From positions 7,812,001 to 7,876,000 of the forward strand of contig NC_092672.1 of assembly GCF_964355755.1 (NCBI RefSeq): a stretch of 64,000 bases of DNA, in the 5' to 3' direction. The notes beneath the pieces were generated by a model that did no database searches, was not told where the DNA came from, and saw only the letters and a program-made list of their open reading frames with translations. The position numbers were made by a program, and so were the translations under genes. The DNA comes from Antedon mediterranea (lineage: Eukaryota; Animalia; Echinodermata). Shown piece by piece: positions 39,320-52,790 of this stretch; the first letter of the stretch is position 1, and each line of letters opens with the position of its first letter.

Positions 39320-41569
39320 TCAAATCGGTTGGTTGCTTTTGCTGTATCCTATGGATTCTGACTGAGTAGCGGATAATTTAGATGTTTTTAACATTCAGTT
39401 TAAACAACATAATATTATATCTTTTAATTTATATTTTATTCAGAAATTTAACATTATTATAATAGACTAGTTTTAGTTGAATATTTTGCTTCTAATACCC
39501 GTGTTTAGTATGACATATAGATATGCAATTATATTTTGCTTTCATGATTTCTTACTTAATTTCTATAACTTCATTGTTTGTTACACACTACCAAATTTCA
39601 AAAGACACCGCATTGTGTGAACCCTGGTTATCAATAGCCTAAGCAAGCAGAGAATATAGACACCTTACTACTTACATTTAGTACGATTAAATCATTATTT
39701 CTATATTTTGTATAACTATGTTTAAGAAACATGAATGCTGACGGTAATCATGCCATCAATTCACAACGTCGATCATTCTTGAAAGTAATTGATAAGATTT
39801 CAACAAACTATTAGTTATATGGAGTGGATAATAGATAATAAATTTAGGCTAAAAAATTGTTGAATGTGTATTGTATTCAATTAAATATAAAATGTTACGT
39901 ATTACATTGTGGGATTACCTCATGCTCAAAATTGAAACGTCTTACTTCTTTTCCTATACCTTTTTATTATTTAAATGTATGTATCTGGACTGTATTCCTA
40001 TATCTTAAACAAAATCACTGCAGTACAGTATACTGCAGTACTACTAAAATTATAAAAACATAAATATCCCTTTATAATTTGTTTTAATATATCTCAATCA
40101 TCACCAAAATCTAAATAATAAAACCCTGAACATAATCGAAAAAAAACCGAATAAATAAATAAACGAATAAACAGACCACGGACATACGGACGATCGATAA
40201 CATACAGATATGATGAAGCGTGTGATAACGATAAAGATGGACGAAGATGTTACTGATAACTATTGACATTTCATTTAGTTTCCGTAAAGGCCAGCTCAGA
40301 CAGCGTCGTTCAACGGGGCCCGACGACTCGTCTGGTCGAGAGAAAATTAAACATGTTTAAATTTTTCCCGACGACCTAAAACTACGCCCGACGCTATATC
40401 GACAGCACTGACGAATCAAGACGTGTCTTCGAGCCTCGTCGTACGACGCTGTCTGAGGCCGTAATGAAACTTCTAGCAAAAATAGTTTCTTTCATCTTTA
40501 AATTGATATTACATAGCCTATGTAAATACGTGAACGTGATTGGTTGAAACTGCATCACATGACTACCGCTGCGCGGATCGTAAATCGTATATATCCTCGA
40601 GTTCGATGATATTAACTGTGTAATTTTCGTGTGGCAACACTCGCGTCCAACAAAAGTCATCTACTGGATCTTGAACTCACGATGGAATTGTCACTCACAA
40701 GACAACGCTTCATGCGCTGCGCCACGGAACTTGCTTGAAGAAATTAATCAACTAAACTATTTAAACTATGCATACATAGCGCCCTCATTTGTTATTAGTC
40801 CACCCTAAATTTGATGAAACACAGTTTGTGATTGGTTAATACTCACAGTAGTAACCGGTACGCGCGCGACGCACTGAACATCCGTTGATTCGGCTCAAAG
40901 GAAGAAGACGAATTATTATTTATTCGGCCTATGATAATAATAATAATGTAGGCTTATTGATGGAAATTCTTCTGTTATTATTTAAACGACCTAGGCTAGT
41001 GAATATTTTATTGCCAAGGAATCATTAATTAGTAATTATCTGTATATTATTCTTCGCAAGGTAAGGTGTCTAGGCAGGCTTGTTTAAATACAATACAAAT
41101 AGTAGTATTAGGAGGCCTAGCCTAGCTTCACCCAACCCACCAGCAGACTTGTTCTTGGCTATATAATATAACAGATATTGCCTTTTATATCGGTTAAATA
41201 TAAGATTTGACATCCCCTCGGGAATGATATTAAGTTCTCGGGGAATATATATTTCCCTCAGCTGGCGCTTCGGGAAATATATATTCCCTCGAACTTAATA
41301 TCATTCCCGGCCCTCGGGGATGTCAAACCTTATATTTAACCTCTAAACAGTCAATATCTGTATAATACTGGACCCACATTATTTCAGCTTTAATGCTATG
41401 TTTGCCAAGGCATTACTTTTAATTTATTCACATTAAGGCTCACGCAAAGAATCTTCTCTCACAAATATATTTTCAGAGCATTGTATGTGGTCAGGAATTA
41501 AATAATGACCCTGCTGAAAATCGATACAGTGTAAGTTTCGGTCTGTTAATTTAGAATCCAACAATAGTA

Positions 41570-43052
41570 TCTATATATAAATTATGGTTAATTCTGACAT
41601 AGGCGAGCACAATGCAAAAACAGCGGTAAAAATATCCCAGATGTACCGCGAAACGTAAATTTGATAACATTAATTTAATTTTCACATCGACGCTATTTTT
41701 CCATATTTTCTATCTTAGGAAGATATTATAATGAGTTTTTTAACACAATTTATATTTTCAACTCAATTTCAATTCTTCCCGGGTCAAAGTAATTTCCGGG
41801 TTCATCTTGCAACAACCTGGTTTCAACTATTTTCTCTCTTTTATACACACAAGGTAGCAGTTAAAATAATAGATTTGACCCTAAAGGTAACTGGAAACAG
41901 GCACTTTCCATCAATCAATACAGTGTCCCTTTGGAAGAAGGAAGAAAAAAACCGATAGTAGCAGTTTTTTGTTTATTTTAGGAACGGACAGCGCGTGTGT
42001 GAAGGTACAGTAGTTAAAAAATAAAAATTATACTGCAAATTAATAAAGATCAACTTAAATATACGCCATAAAGAATCGGAATATATTGTGGGAAATAGTA
42101 TTATAAAATTACATAGGGAGATTTGATGATAAGACATTTTGTTTAAAATCGAGTGAAATCCCGATAGTTGATTGAGTAAGCTGACAGGAATAACTGTAGG
42201 CTATCTGTTTCCCGTTAGGACCGAGATGTCTGCCCATGTTGCAAGCCGCAATGTCTTCTTTCTTGGGCCCACTCTGTCACGGCAGTTAGTTTCAAAAGAT
42301 GTTTAAATTAAATAATGTATTAATAATAATTATTATTAGGATAGTATTTATTTGAATAAACGCCTCTCCAATAAAACATCACTTTGAATAATAATCATTA
42401 TACTATTTGTAGTAGAATTCATCGCACTGTTATCTACAATTTACCAAGCATTTGTTATTCTTTTTTACTACTTTTCATATCTATTAGAGGATTTCATTTG
42501 ATTGTAAATGTTACCATATTATTAAAACTAAAAAAATTAACAAATCCCTCGAATAAGCACCTCCCTCAACTGAATTCCGCCTCCCCAAAGGGCCCTACAA
42601 AACAATAAACAATATACTTTAAAATGTTATTTTATTTTATTTTATTTTATTTCATACTCATCCAACAGCGAGAAACCCGCCAATTACAGGATGGATAAAC
42701 TATTTAATAATTTCACATGACAAACATATACACAAGATGCTCTACATAAACAAAGACTTATTATTAAGTCTTTGGGAGTGGAGTTGTAAATTGTCAAACC
42801 CTGACATATGACAGGACTTGAACCCAGGACCCTTAGATTGGTAGCCAAGCATCATAACCACCAAGCCACAGCTCCACTCCACTATTAATCATCTAAAACA
42901 CTGTGAAACAGAGTAGTTTAGTTTTACGAATGTCAAGCATTTTCAATAATGGTAACCGACAGAAAACGTACAAGGAGAACATTTTTATCATTCCGAGAAC
43001 CATCGTCTACACTTCCTAGAGGGGGAGCGAGCGAAGCGAGCTCACCCTCTAG
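41570..43052 (+). mobile_element. Non-autonomous Helitron (second family member)
   Basis: A|TCTATATATAAAT start, 3' hairpin gagcgagcgaagcgagctc and CTAG|T. It is absent at the equivalent position (25750) in the other duplicate. Confidence 0.78.
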
Positions 43053-46038
43053 TAAAATACAATTGTAAATGTCGCCCTCTATTTTTTTTTGTTTACATAG
43101 CGACCATCATTAGAATCATTTTAATTGATAATATTTTTAATTTAATAATTATTTTCAGAAGTCTCAGAAGTCATATAATGTTTTATTATACTTCTTTTTA
43201 TTTTCTAGACCCGCTATATATTTTTTACAAATATTTAAAGTATTTTAAAATAATACTAAAGCAGTGAGTGATTGTGTGAGCATGACCTTTTGACCTAAAA
43301 ACCTTTCATTCACACCAAAACACTGGGGTGTCCCCGCAGTTCACTCTCCGGAGAATGTTCAGCTGTTCAACCCCGCAGTTTTAAACTCCGGAGTTGCTTG
43401 ATTTTACCTTTCACATCAAAACAACTCCGGAGTGTTTTGCTTTGGTGGTGTGAATGAAAGGGGTATTATTATTACTAAATGAAGAATTTGTATCCCCATT
43501 ATAAGTCTAAAACGTGCTAATCTGGGAAACAACTGATTTGTGTTATATGGGGTATATACATCATACATACAGGGAGAACGGTGAATAATTACATTTCCAT
43601 TCTAAACTATTTGCTTATCAACATGTTGTGTAAAACAATTTATAGATGTAAATTTTTGTTTGTTTACATTGCTTGCATTTTCTTGAATAATAATAATAAC
43701 TGAATAATTCGGATTAGGACCTTTACGGACCCACGACAGCCACGTCACCGGCTACCATGAACGACATGGGATTAAATGGACCAGTTCACCGGTGTAACTC
43801 CTACTCTCTTGAGAAAATGCACCGAGTCCTTTTAAAGTGCACACGTTTTTTGTAATAGTGATAATATTGTTTTAAGCTAAATTCACACGGAAGATGGTGT
43901 ATACACAGAACATATAATATACAGAATTGAACGGTGAACGTTCTGTGAAACGGAATAAGTGTGAATGTAGATTCTTAGGACGTACAGTAATAAAGTGGCT
44001 TTTCTATTCTTATTTATTTAGTTATGTTTGTTTATATTTTGTTGTTTTATGTAAACTGGTTGACACATATAACCATTATGTAAAACTGTAAACAATGAAA
44101 AAAGATAAAGTAAACACCACAAAACGTAATTTGTGTTTATTAATCGTTAATCATGATGACTGACAATAACATAAATACTAAAATGTAATCATATTTCCGA
44201 TCGATGATTAGCGGTTTATACGCCCTCAAAATATGTTGTATCATTGAACTTGATTCCCTTATCTAAAATGGTATGGGCCAATAGAAAACAGGAGTTTATG
44301 AATACAATTATTTTTACATAATAATTATCATAACATTTTTAGATTATTTTTATTAATATAATGTATGTTTGTTATTATCAATAATATGGTTCTTCCATTT
44401 TATCGTTTTCAAAGAATGAACAGGTCAAATCATGTTCTAGGTGCTATGTTGCACGTATAGTTTATGACTATAACCATGCGGATGATATGTTTACTTTCTC
44501 TGTGGTCTAATGCCCGGATCCTATAGATCAATTTTTCATCCCGGATTTTCCCTTTTGATATTCGTATTTTTCAGACTTACATGATGTTTGTCTGTAAGGC
44601 CTGCATATCGCTTGACACTGTTACGTTCGTTTTATTATAACATAAGGAGGAATTATTTTAACTAAACTAATTCTTCGATGCTCACAGTAGGCCTATGTCT
44701 AAATAAAAATTATAATTCAATATTTATAATAATTCATTCCACGATTTAAACTTCTCGGAAAGTATAGGGCAAACATTGTTTGCAATTATATTGATCTATC
44801 TCGACACGGTTACTAAATTTGTACAATCGGTAATTTCCGCTCCATTCAAATGGATCAACAGTCAAATGATGAGAAATAAAATTATCCATTCGGATCAGTA
44901 GAGGGAGTGTTATGGGGAACAGCGGCAGGAAAGTGGCTCCTCGGTAAGTATTCAGTAATTTAATTTTTGGCCTAAACATTTTCCAGTTCCAGTTTTACGT
45001 ATATAATGTACCAAATGGTTGTTTGAAATGGTTATCAACTATCGAGTTTAAGTAGGCTGTAGTTATCTTTATCGAAGAATAATTATCACATTCCTCCACT
45101 GGGTATGGATTCGGTCAAGTGGATGAAGAATAATATGCAAGGATAAAAGGAATTCATGGATTTCACGGTTGATGTGACAATAGCCTATTCGTAACGTAGG
45201 TTGGGCTGCAGATTTGTTGCGAAGTATTTAGGGAAAGGCACCGGTGGATGTCGGCAATTAAGTAAGTTAGATGTTGTGTAACAGGGTGAATAGTCACACT
45301 TTTTTACTTCGTTAAAATATATTATACTGTTGATTAATGTTGATTTCCATTGAGCAGTCTGCGAAACGGGCATTTTTTAATTAGTGTAGCCTTAATAACA
45401 TTGCATTGGTTAAACGTTTTGTGATAGGCCTATATTTTTCCTTATGAAATATTTTACCGTATTCTATCCACTTAACGTGCCAAGCCCTTTCCAGATGTTT
45501 AGGAAATATTATCTAGAATTAACAGCCATCTTAATGTAGACCTTTTCCTTCCTGTAGTTATCACTATACATTTGAGATCATTAATGGTATATCTCAGCGA
45601 AGTCATCATTTGTTTATTATTTGTCATATTTTTTTCTCTTTAAAAACAAAAACGTAACACACGTAATCAATTTTTTATGAAGATTATTTTGTCAATATGA
45701 TAGACTACAAATTCGCTTGCTTTAATTCATATAAAACTATATTTTGTATTTCTGTGGTTCTTTCTTTTCGAATAGCTTCACTAACGAGATTTAATAACGT
45801 CGAACAATGTATTCCTTTGATAGGTATTATACATTGTAAACATTGTATTATTATCATGTCTAGGAATAAACTTTCAATTTGAAAGTCATCGGGAAATATA
45901 ATTCACGTGACGTCCACCTGACATGCATAAAGTAGTAGATACTATGATTGTTATGCTTAAAAGTAACTTGGTTTTAAATAAATTTTAATTTACAGATTTT
46001 GAAGTATTGAAGAAACTGTCTAAGTAAAGATATCAACC

Positions 46039-49000
46039 ATGACGGTAAGTAATTTATTTTATTATAAACATCTATTGGAGAGGAAAGTATCGAGAACAAT
46101 AGAATAAATTTAGTACCGTATACACACCAAAGTAAAACAATAAATAAGCCATACTACTACCATAGCTGGTCAATTTAAAGTTTCTTTATACACCGGCTCC
46201 ACATTTCGAAAACTTTGAATATAAAAATAAAAAACATAATTTATTTATGTCATTGCTATGTGCCTGTTTGCACTTTGTTCAATGCATTCGTTAAATATTT
46301 TTTTGTTTACTCCAATTGCCGTTGAATACGAATTTATGAATTATGAACTATATCTGTATCGATTTCACTGTTCAAACTAGGAATTATTCACTGTACCAAA
46401 TTATCATAATATAAATAAAGACTTATACCGTAATTCTATTATATCATTACTCTTACAGTATAATATGTATTGACATGAATTTATGTAATGTAATTAATGT
46501 GAATTGTTTTTAGGAAAGAGGATACATTATGCTCAGCTACAATTGGGCTCACAAAGTGTAAGTTTAACAAATAATAAAACAAGTAATAAGATATTTAGGA
46601 CTAACCATGCACCCGGATTTCAGTATTATACGCGTGATGACGCGCAAACGTCGTGTTTTATTCATTCTTGTATATCTAGTCACCATTGATAAAATTACAG
46701 ACTATAGAACAGTCAGGGTAAAATATATATAAATATGATTGGAGGAAAAGAGAAGGCAACATTATGACGTATTTCACAAAATAGTGACTAAATGCCGTCA
46801 AGAATTGCAACGTCATCGTATTACGTAAGCCTAAAAATGATATTAGTGTATAATCCATCAGTCATGTTTAGAGAACAATAGTTTTAAGAAAGAATCAATT
46901 ATTTTCTCTTCCTTAGAATCGTTAGAAATATAAGATACCGTCTATGGCAAGAAGGTTACAGAGTGTGGATAGATATTGATGAGAAGGATGGAATGAAAGA
47001 CTTTATTTACAGTGATATGCCTAATGCTGTCAAACATGCCACAGTTGTCATATCCTGTTTGTCTAAGAAATACGAAGACAGCCCTAATTGTAAAACTGGT
47101 AGGTCTGTTTTAATTGATTTTATATAAGCTTATCTAGGTTATCGACAGCGATTTATCTTAATATTCCTAACACATCTTGGCATACATGGCGTGTCATAGG
47201 CTAGCCCCAGTCTCTAAATAAATAATAGTCTTTTTATGTTGTTAGCATTCCACAAGTCATTTCGTGTCTACAAGCTACAGTTATTATACGTATGAAACGC
47301 CGCGTGTGTCTTTTTTAGCATTATTATGTCTATCTACACTATTTAGCGAGTGCCATACTTGACTTTGAAACTACAAACAAACATCAAAATATATCTATAT
47401 TGTATAACTTAAAGACAACAATCAATTATTAGAGAAACAATCATTAGAGACTTGTGGCAGGTATAATATCAAACAGACGATTTCGAGTTCGAATCTCCTT
47501 TATGTCATTTAACAAGAAAGACAATAATGCAAAAAATGCAGAGTCACCGTTATTATTAGGACCATTTTCCACTGGAAAACTGCAATGTCTTGAAACAAGG
47601 TGCAGAGAATAAAATTGATGGTGAGCTATATTTAATTTTTTTTTCTTTATTTTAGAGGGTGGTTGCATTGGACATTATAATAAGAAACGCATTCCACTAC
47701 TGATGGAGAAGGATTATAAACTTGACGACTGGGTTTTGGGAATATTTGTTGGACGAATTTGGATTGACTTTTCAAATGTAGAACGCTTTGAAGCCAATTT
47801 TCAGGAACTGCTTGCAAGACTACAGAACTACCCAACTTTGGTAAGTTAAACGATTCTACACGATTTATTGTATTATGCCCATTACAACAGACGGAACTGA
47901 AGATTGAGGACTCCTTACTAACCCTTAGCCTATAGAAAACAAACCCATTCTTTGTCAACCCTAATCATACAATAATAGATCTCACTTTTTGTTATACCAT
48001 AAGAAAATCATTTTTGTTACAGAATCCAGAGAAGAACAACCGAATACCAGCTAATCTACCGCTACCTGAACCACTTTCTTCGAACACAAATCCAAGTATG
48101 TTAAAGATTTATGTAGAAATTATCTTAACAATTAAGCTAAATAATTTAATATGCTATTTCAGAATACTATATTTACTTTTAAATTACAAGTAGTCTTGGA
48201 ATAAGCTTGGTGATAACCTACGTATATCATATGACTCCCGGGAGGCAAATGGTAAGTGTAATTTGAGTGGGGCTCATTGTTGTAGGCTTCGTCAATTCAA
48301 ATAAGCTTTTGGACACATTAGAATAAAAAGCATTGCCTGTCGATTAGAAATGGCAGAGGGTGAATTTATTTATTTACTCATATGAAATCTAAAAAACATC
48401 TACCATATAGCAAATTTAACTTAGCTGTATAAACACTGAAAAACTACAGTATATAAGCATAGGGAATTTAGGTTTTTATATCCAATTCAATTGTCTGTTC
48501 GCCATTTCCCTCTATTGTGGATGATAAAGGCAAGATACTTCTCATAAAATTCACAAATAATCTAAAAAAAAATTTACTTTTGTGTTTAGTTCCACCATCT
48601 ACATCTTCGGATCCTCCAGATACAGCGCCCCCAGTGGACACAACGGATAATCCACGTTCTTTAGGATCAGGTAAGCAAATCTTTCCTTAATCAGAAATGA
48701 CTTTTTTTTTAAACTATAGTTTACTGATAACATTTTAAAAGCTAACTGATCTATTTTACAGAAATATCTGGTAATCTTGAAGAGAGGACAACTAGTAGGC
48801 CTACAAGACCAAGTTACAGTAGGATTATATCAGAACATTAATTTCTTTACATAGGCCTATAATTATCATAGTAGGATCCTACACATTTCTACAGATAATA
48901 AACAAGAGATATATCATTGCATGTAAAGCAGTATAATTTATAGGCCTTGGGACACATCTCCTCTCAGACCTAATCTATACGTATTTCAAAATACATCAAC

Positions 49001-49666
49001 CACTAGTAACTGTGCTACTTTACCAATTAATATTATTATTATTATTACTGTATTTATTTTACATGTTAATTGTTATGAAAGAAACCATTATATAAATATT
49101 TTACTTTTTATATAGAATTGACTGAACGTGAATATGCAAGTCTGCTCGTAAAAGTTTCACAACGTTGGAAAAAGTTTGGCAACGTCCATATGTTGAAGGT
49201 ACTACTATGTGACTTTAACAAAATCGGAATAACTGAAATTCAAAAGAATAATGACGAATTTGAATTGTTTAAGTTACTCCGGGGTAGTGGTAAACTGAGT
49301 CCATCAAACATAGATGTTATCGTCGAGGCTGCGTTCTTATGCGGGGTAGGGGCTATTGAGGAGGTCATCCTGGATAAGATACCGGAATATCAGTACCCTA
49401 CGTCTAATAAAGAAATAAATACAATCACAAAATATCGCCAAAACGTGATCGAATTCGGAATTATTGTAAATCAAAGTAACTTGGAAGAAATTGTAAAATT
49501 GTCTAGTCTTCCTTGTAAGAAGGAGGCAGATAAGTGGAGTCTGATATTTGAACTAGAACTTCATAATGTACTGACTCCAAAGAATAAGGAGTCATTCATT
49601 GAAATGCTAGGAGATCTAGAAAATGACACGACGAAAGAAGTCGATGCATTGAACACTTACAAATGA
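46039..49666 (+). CDS. Gene C: TIR (TIR_2-like) - Pro/Ser/Thr linker - tandem DED-like protein, ~375-395 aa
   Basis: Exons 46039-46044 (MT), 46514-46557 (ERGYIMLSYNWAHK), 46917-47098 (…GYRVWIDID…VISCLSKKYEDSPNCKT), 47656-47840 (EGG…RIPLLMEKDY…IWIDFS), 48023-48095, 48590-48670, a probable micro-exon from 48762 (donor at 48770, 48794 or 48818, all phase 1), and 49116-49666 (tDED). Intron positions in the TIR are identical to those in gene B. Confidence 0.85.
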
Positions 49667-50159
49667 ACCAAGCATGTAACTCTATTGGTGTATATTGTAC
49701 AGTAGATTATTGTATGCATATTATTTTTCGTAGGCCTACTCTATTGTTCATACATTATTATTTTGTATAGATTATTATCAAGTGATTAATACCAAGTAAA
49801 TTAAAATACTAGTAATTTTTAAAAACTTTAAACAATGTCAACTAGCCATCATTTTTAAATAATCTGGAAGTTGTTTTTTGTATTGTATTTCTGTGTTTTA
49901 TCTTTATTGTATTTTATATACACAAGTAGGCCTAATGTTATTAAATACTTTAATAATAACTTATATGCATTTAATAAGCACTATTGCTAACTTGATACTT
50001 TTACTAATCTGCCATTATTCATTAGCTTATAGTAATGTAAATAATATTGTAGGTAGGTTCTAAACGTTTACAAAGTATTGATTTAAGCATAATTAAAAAT
50101 AAATTATCATGTATTATAATATTGTAGATTATACACGTTTCACAAATATTAATGCAAGT

Positions 50160-51660
50160 TTTTTTTTCTCTTTCGTGGGGCCAACCCACTTTTATTTCAT
50201 TCTTCATATTACACATTGTAGTTATATAGAAATTGTATAAAATGTCATTAAAAAAATGTTTTAAATATATATATATAAGTAAAAATTAAAATAATAATGA
50301 AACAATTAAAAATTAATACATGTAATTTAAAGAAATACAAGTTAATAATTTTCTTTTTACGTTACCCCATTTCTTTTTTACCTTGTTTATGTTACAAGCA
50401 TATTGATTCTGTATAAGATGTTTTAGCTCAAATCGGAACAAGTTCCAGACGACTTTTTTTGATCTAATTTTTGAATGCTTTTCTATGATTTAATAAAATT
50501 TGTTTTATAAATACAAAAAGTAAACAATGATAATAATTTATTGACATTTTCACTTTTTGTTCCAATAACAATGTCTAGCCAATCATGTACGGTTTCTTCA
50601 AGTGTATAGCATTTTAGAATCATGTTATTGAATTTTGTCCATACTTTTTGGATACTTTTACATTTCAATAGCATGTGCTTGTCTGTCTCAATTTCGTTTT
50701 GGCAGTGTTCGCACATTTCTTCAGGATATATTTTCCATATCTTAATTCGTTGTTTACATGCCAGAATCCGATGTAGCAGTTTAAAATTAAATTTTGCTAC
50801 TTTTGTTACATGTTTCATGCTATACTTTTTTAACCATATTTCATTCCACTTAAAGTTCACATTTCTAAATTCTGTTTCCCATTTCGATTGACAAAATGGA
50901 GTAATAGATATATTGTTGATAATGTGTTTATAATAAAATGAATTTTTATACTTTTTACAAAATATTGTTTGTATTTCGTGTTTGTCTCTCTCTTTTTCAT
51001 TGTTTATAATTATTTTCCTCCAATTTGAGGGAATTGCATTTACAATCTTAAAATATTCAATTATTCCATTTTGTTGCTCTGAAAGGGAGGGTATCAATTC
51101 TGTCGGAGTCATTAATCTGTGATTAACTATTATATCTTTTATTGTTTTATACCCTGCCTGTATCCAACTTTTAAAATATAATGTTTTTCCACTGCATTTT
51201 ATAAAAGTGTTTTCCCACAATAGTTGTTTTTCGTTTACATTTTGCGGGTATGTAATACTTATATTGTTAAAATACACTAACACTTTTAACATTTCTTTAT
51301 AAAATTCAGGCATACATTTCAGTTGTACATGACTTTCAAAATTGGGTTCACTAGTATTGACAGTATAATTAAATGGATACATATAATGTTTTGGTAAATA
51401 TTTCCATTTACCTGGGTCAGGGCTTAACAATCTCTTAACCCAACTAAGTTTTTTAACGAACTAACCATTGTGCTAAGATGTACCATATTTAGACCACCTT
51501 CTAATATTGAATTTATAAGGGTTTTTCTTTTATTTTTTCTCTTTTTTTACTCTACAAAAATCTATATTATACCTTTTCTACTTTTGGGAATACATATTTA
51601 GGCACATTTATGACACTAGCATTATATATAAGTTTGGAAATTGCAAATGTTTTGGCAATG
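50160..51660 (-). mobile_element. 5'-truncated L1/Tx1-clade LINE (ORF2 C-terminus with CCHC zinc finger), disrupted
   Basis: ORF 50483-51430 with LWEN..I…KWE…W..IW…FNFKLLHRIL…CEHCQNEIETDKHMLLKC. Upstream, a frameshifted RT-thumb region contains EGGL. Confidence 0.85.
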
Positions 51661-51754
51661 GCACTCAAGCGTATTATCGATAATCGCCATTTTCGACAGC
51701 AGTTAACATCACGTATGGATATAAGCTACCTTTACCTCCACGGTAAGCTTTACT

Positions 51755-52790
51755 TCTATATATAAATTTACGTAAGGGCAAAATTCGGTAAATCGCGCCT
51801 TACTTCTAGAATTTTTACTCGATGGTACGTAAAGTTGGTTCGTACTTTCGGTACTGATTAACCACCTGATGTAACCCTGTTTACTAATTAAATTAAATTA
51901 AGTTAGATAATTAGTTATTGACGATTAAAACGAATTTAGGTTCAACGATTTGCCCCGAATAGGGTATTTTCCGATCGTGGTATACACTGTCTAATGGATG
52001 TCCATCTTGAAAAATACCCGCCACAAAAATGCGAGGAGGCTTCGCATTTTCCTATCTCCTCCTACGATAATTGTTTTTAATAGCTGAAAACCGGTTGAAC
52101 AGCTAGAGTACACCATCATAATGTTGAAGACAGGCCGATTTTCTTAAAAAAATACTATTTTGATAGATTTAATATACGATTATACAAATGTATCGATTTG
52201 CGATGAATGGAACATCCAAATCTCTCAGTCTGCCAGAGTTTGGTTTAACACAAGTCGGTAAATTTATGAGCCCTTGGTTTAACATATACGGTAGGTAAAT
52301 ATATGGGCCCTTTGAGAATAAACTTGCAATACTTTGACAATACTGTAAATACCTATTAACTATTTTTGGTCCTCATTTGAATCGAACATTTCTTACTTTG
52401 AATGTTCGTCCTGTTAGATAATAATAAACTGTATTACTGACATTGTGGATAGGCTCTACTGTTAGATATATAAACACATTATTATATACAAATAAACTTT
52501 ATACTGACAGTTCCTTCTCAACGTTTGTATTAATTAATAATTACTAACAATATAAACGTCGTAGTGGTGTATCGTGACATGTACTTTAATATTTCAATCG
52601 ATTATGACAGTAACAGTTTTAACAAAGTATTAAATCGCACATGTTTTACTGTATTTAGAGGTATATTATGTATAGGCTTATAAAAAATGAACAAAATATT
52701 TCGTTACTGAGTGGATAAAGAATATATTTAAAAATTGTTCCTCTTTGTACCTATCCGCTTTCCCATCCCTCAACCCTAATGTTACATACA
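51755..52790 (+). mobile_element. Helitron 5' fragment (copy of 12385-13420)
   Basis: Near-identical ~1 kb beginning TCTATATATAAATTTACGTAAGGGC; no 3' hairpin/CTAG found. Confidence 0.75.

Larger units (their letters stand above)
26930..41569 (+). repeat. Segmental tandem duplicate of ~5950-25750 (gene B locus)
   Basis: Exons, introns, 3' UTR and downstream MITEs align nearly base for base. Homology ends where a Helitron begins at 41570. Confidence 0.9.
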
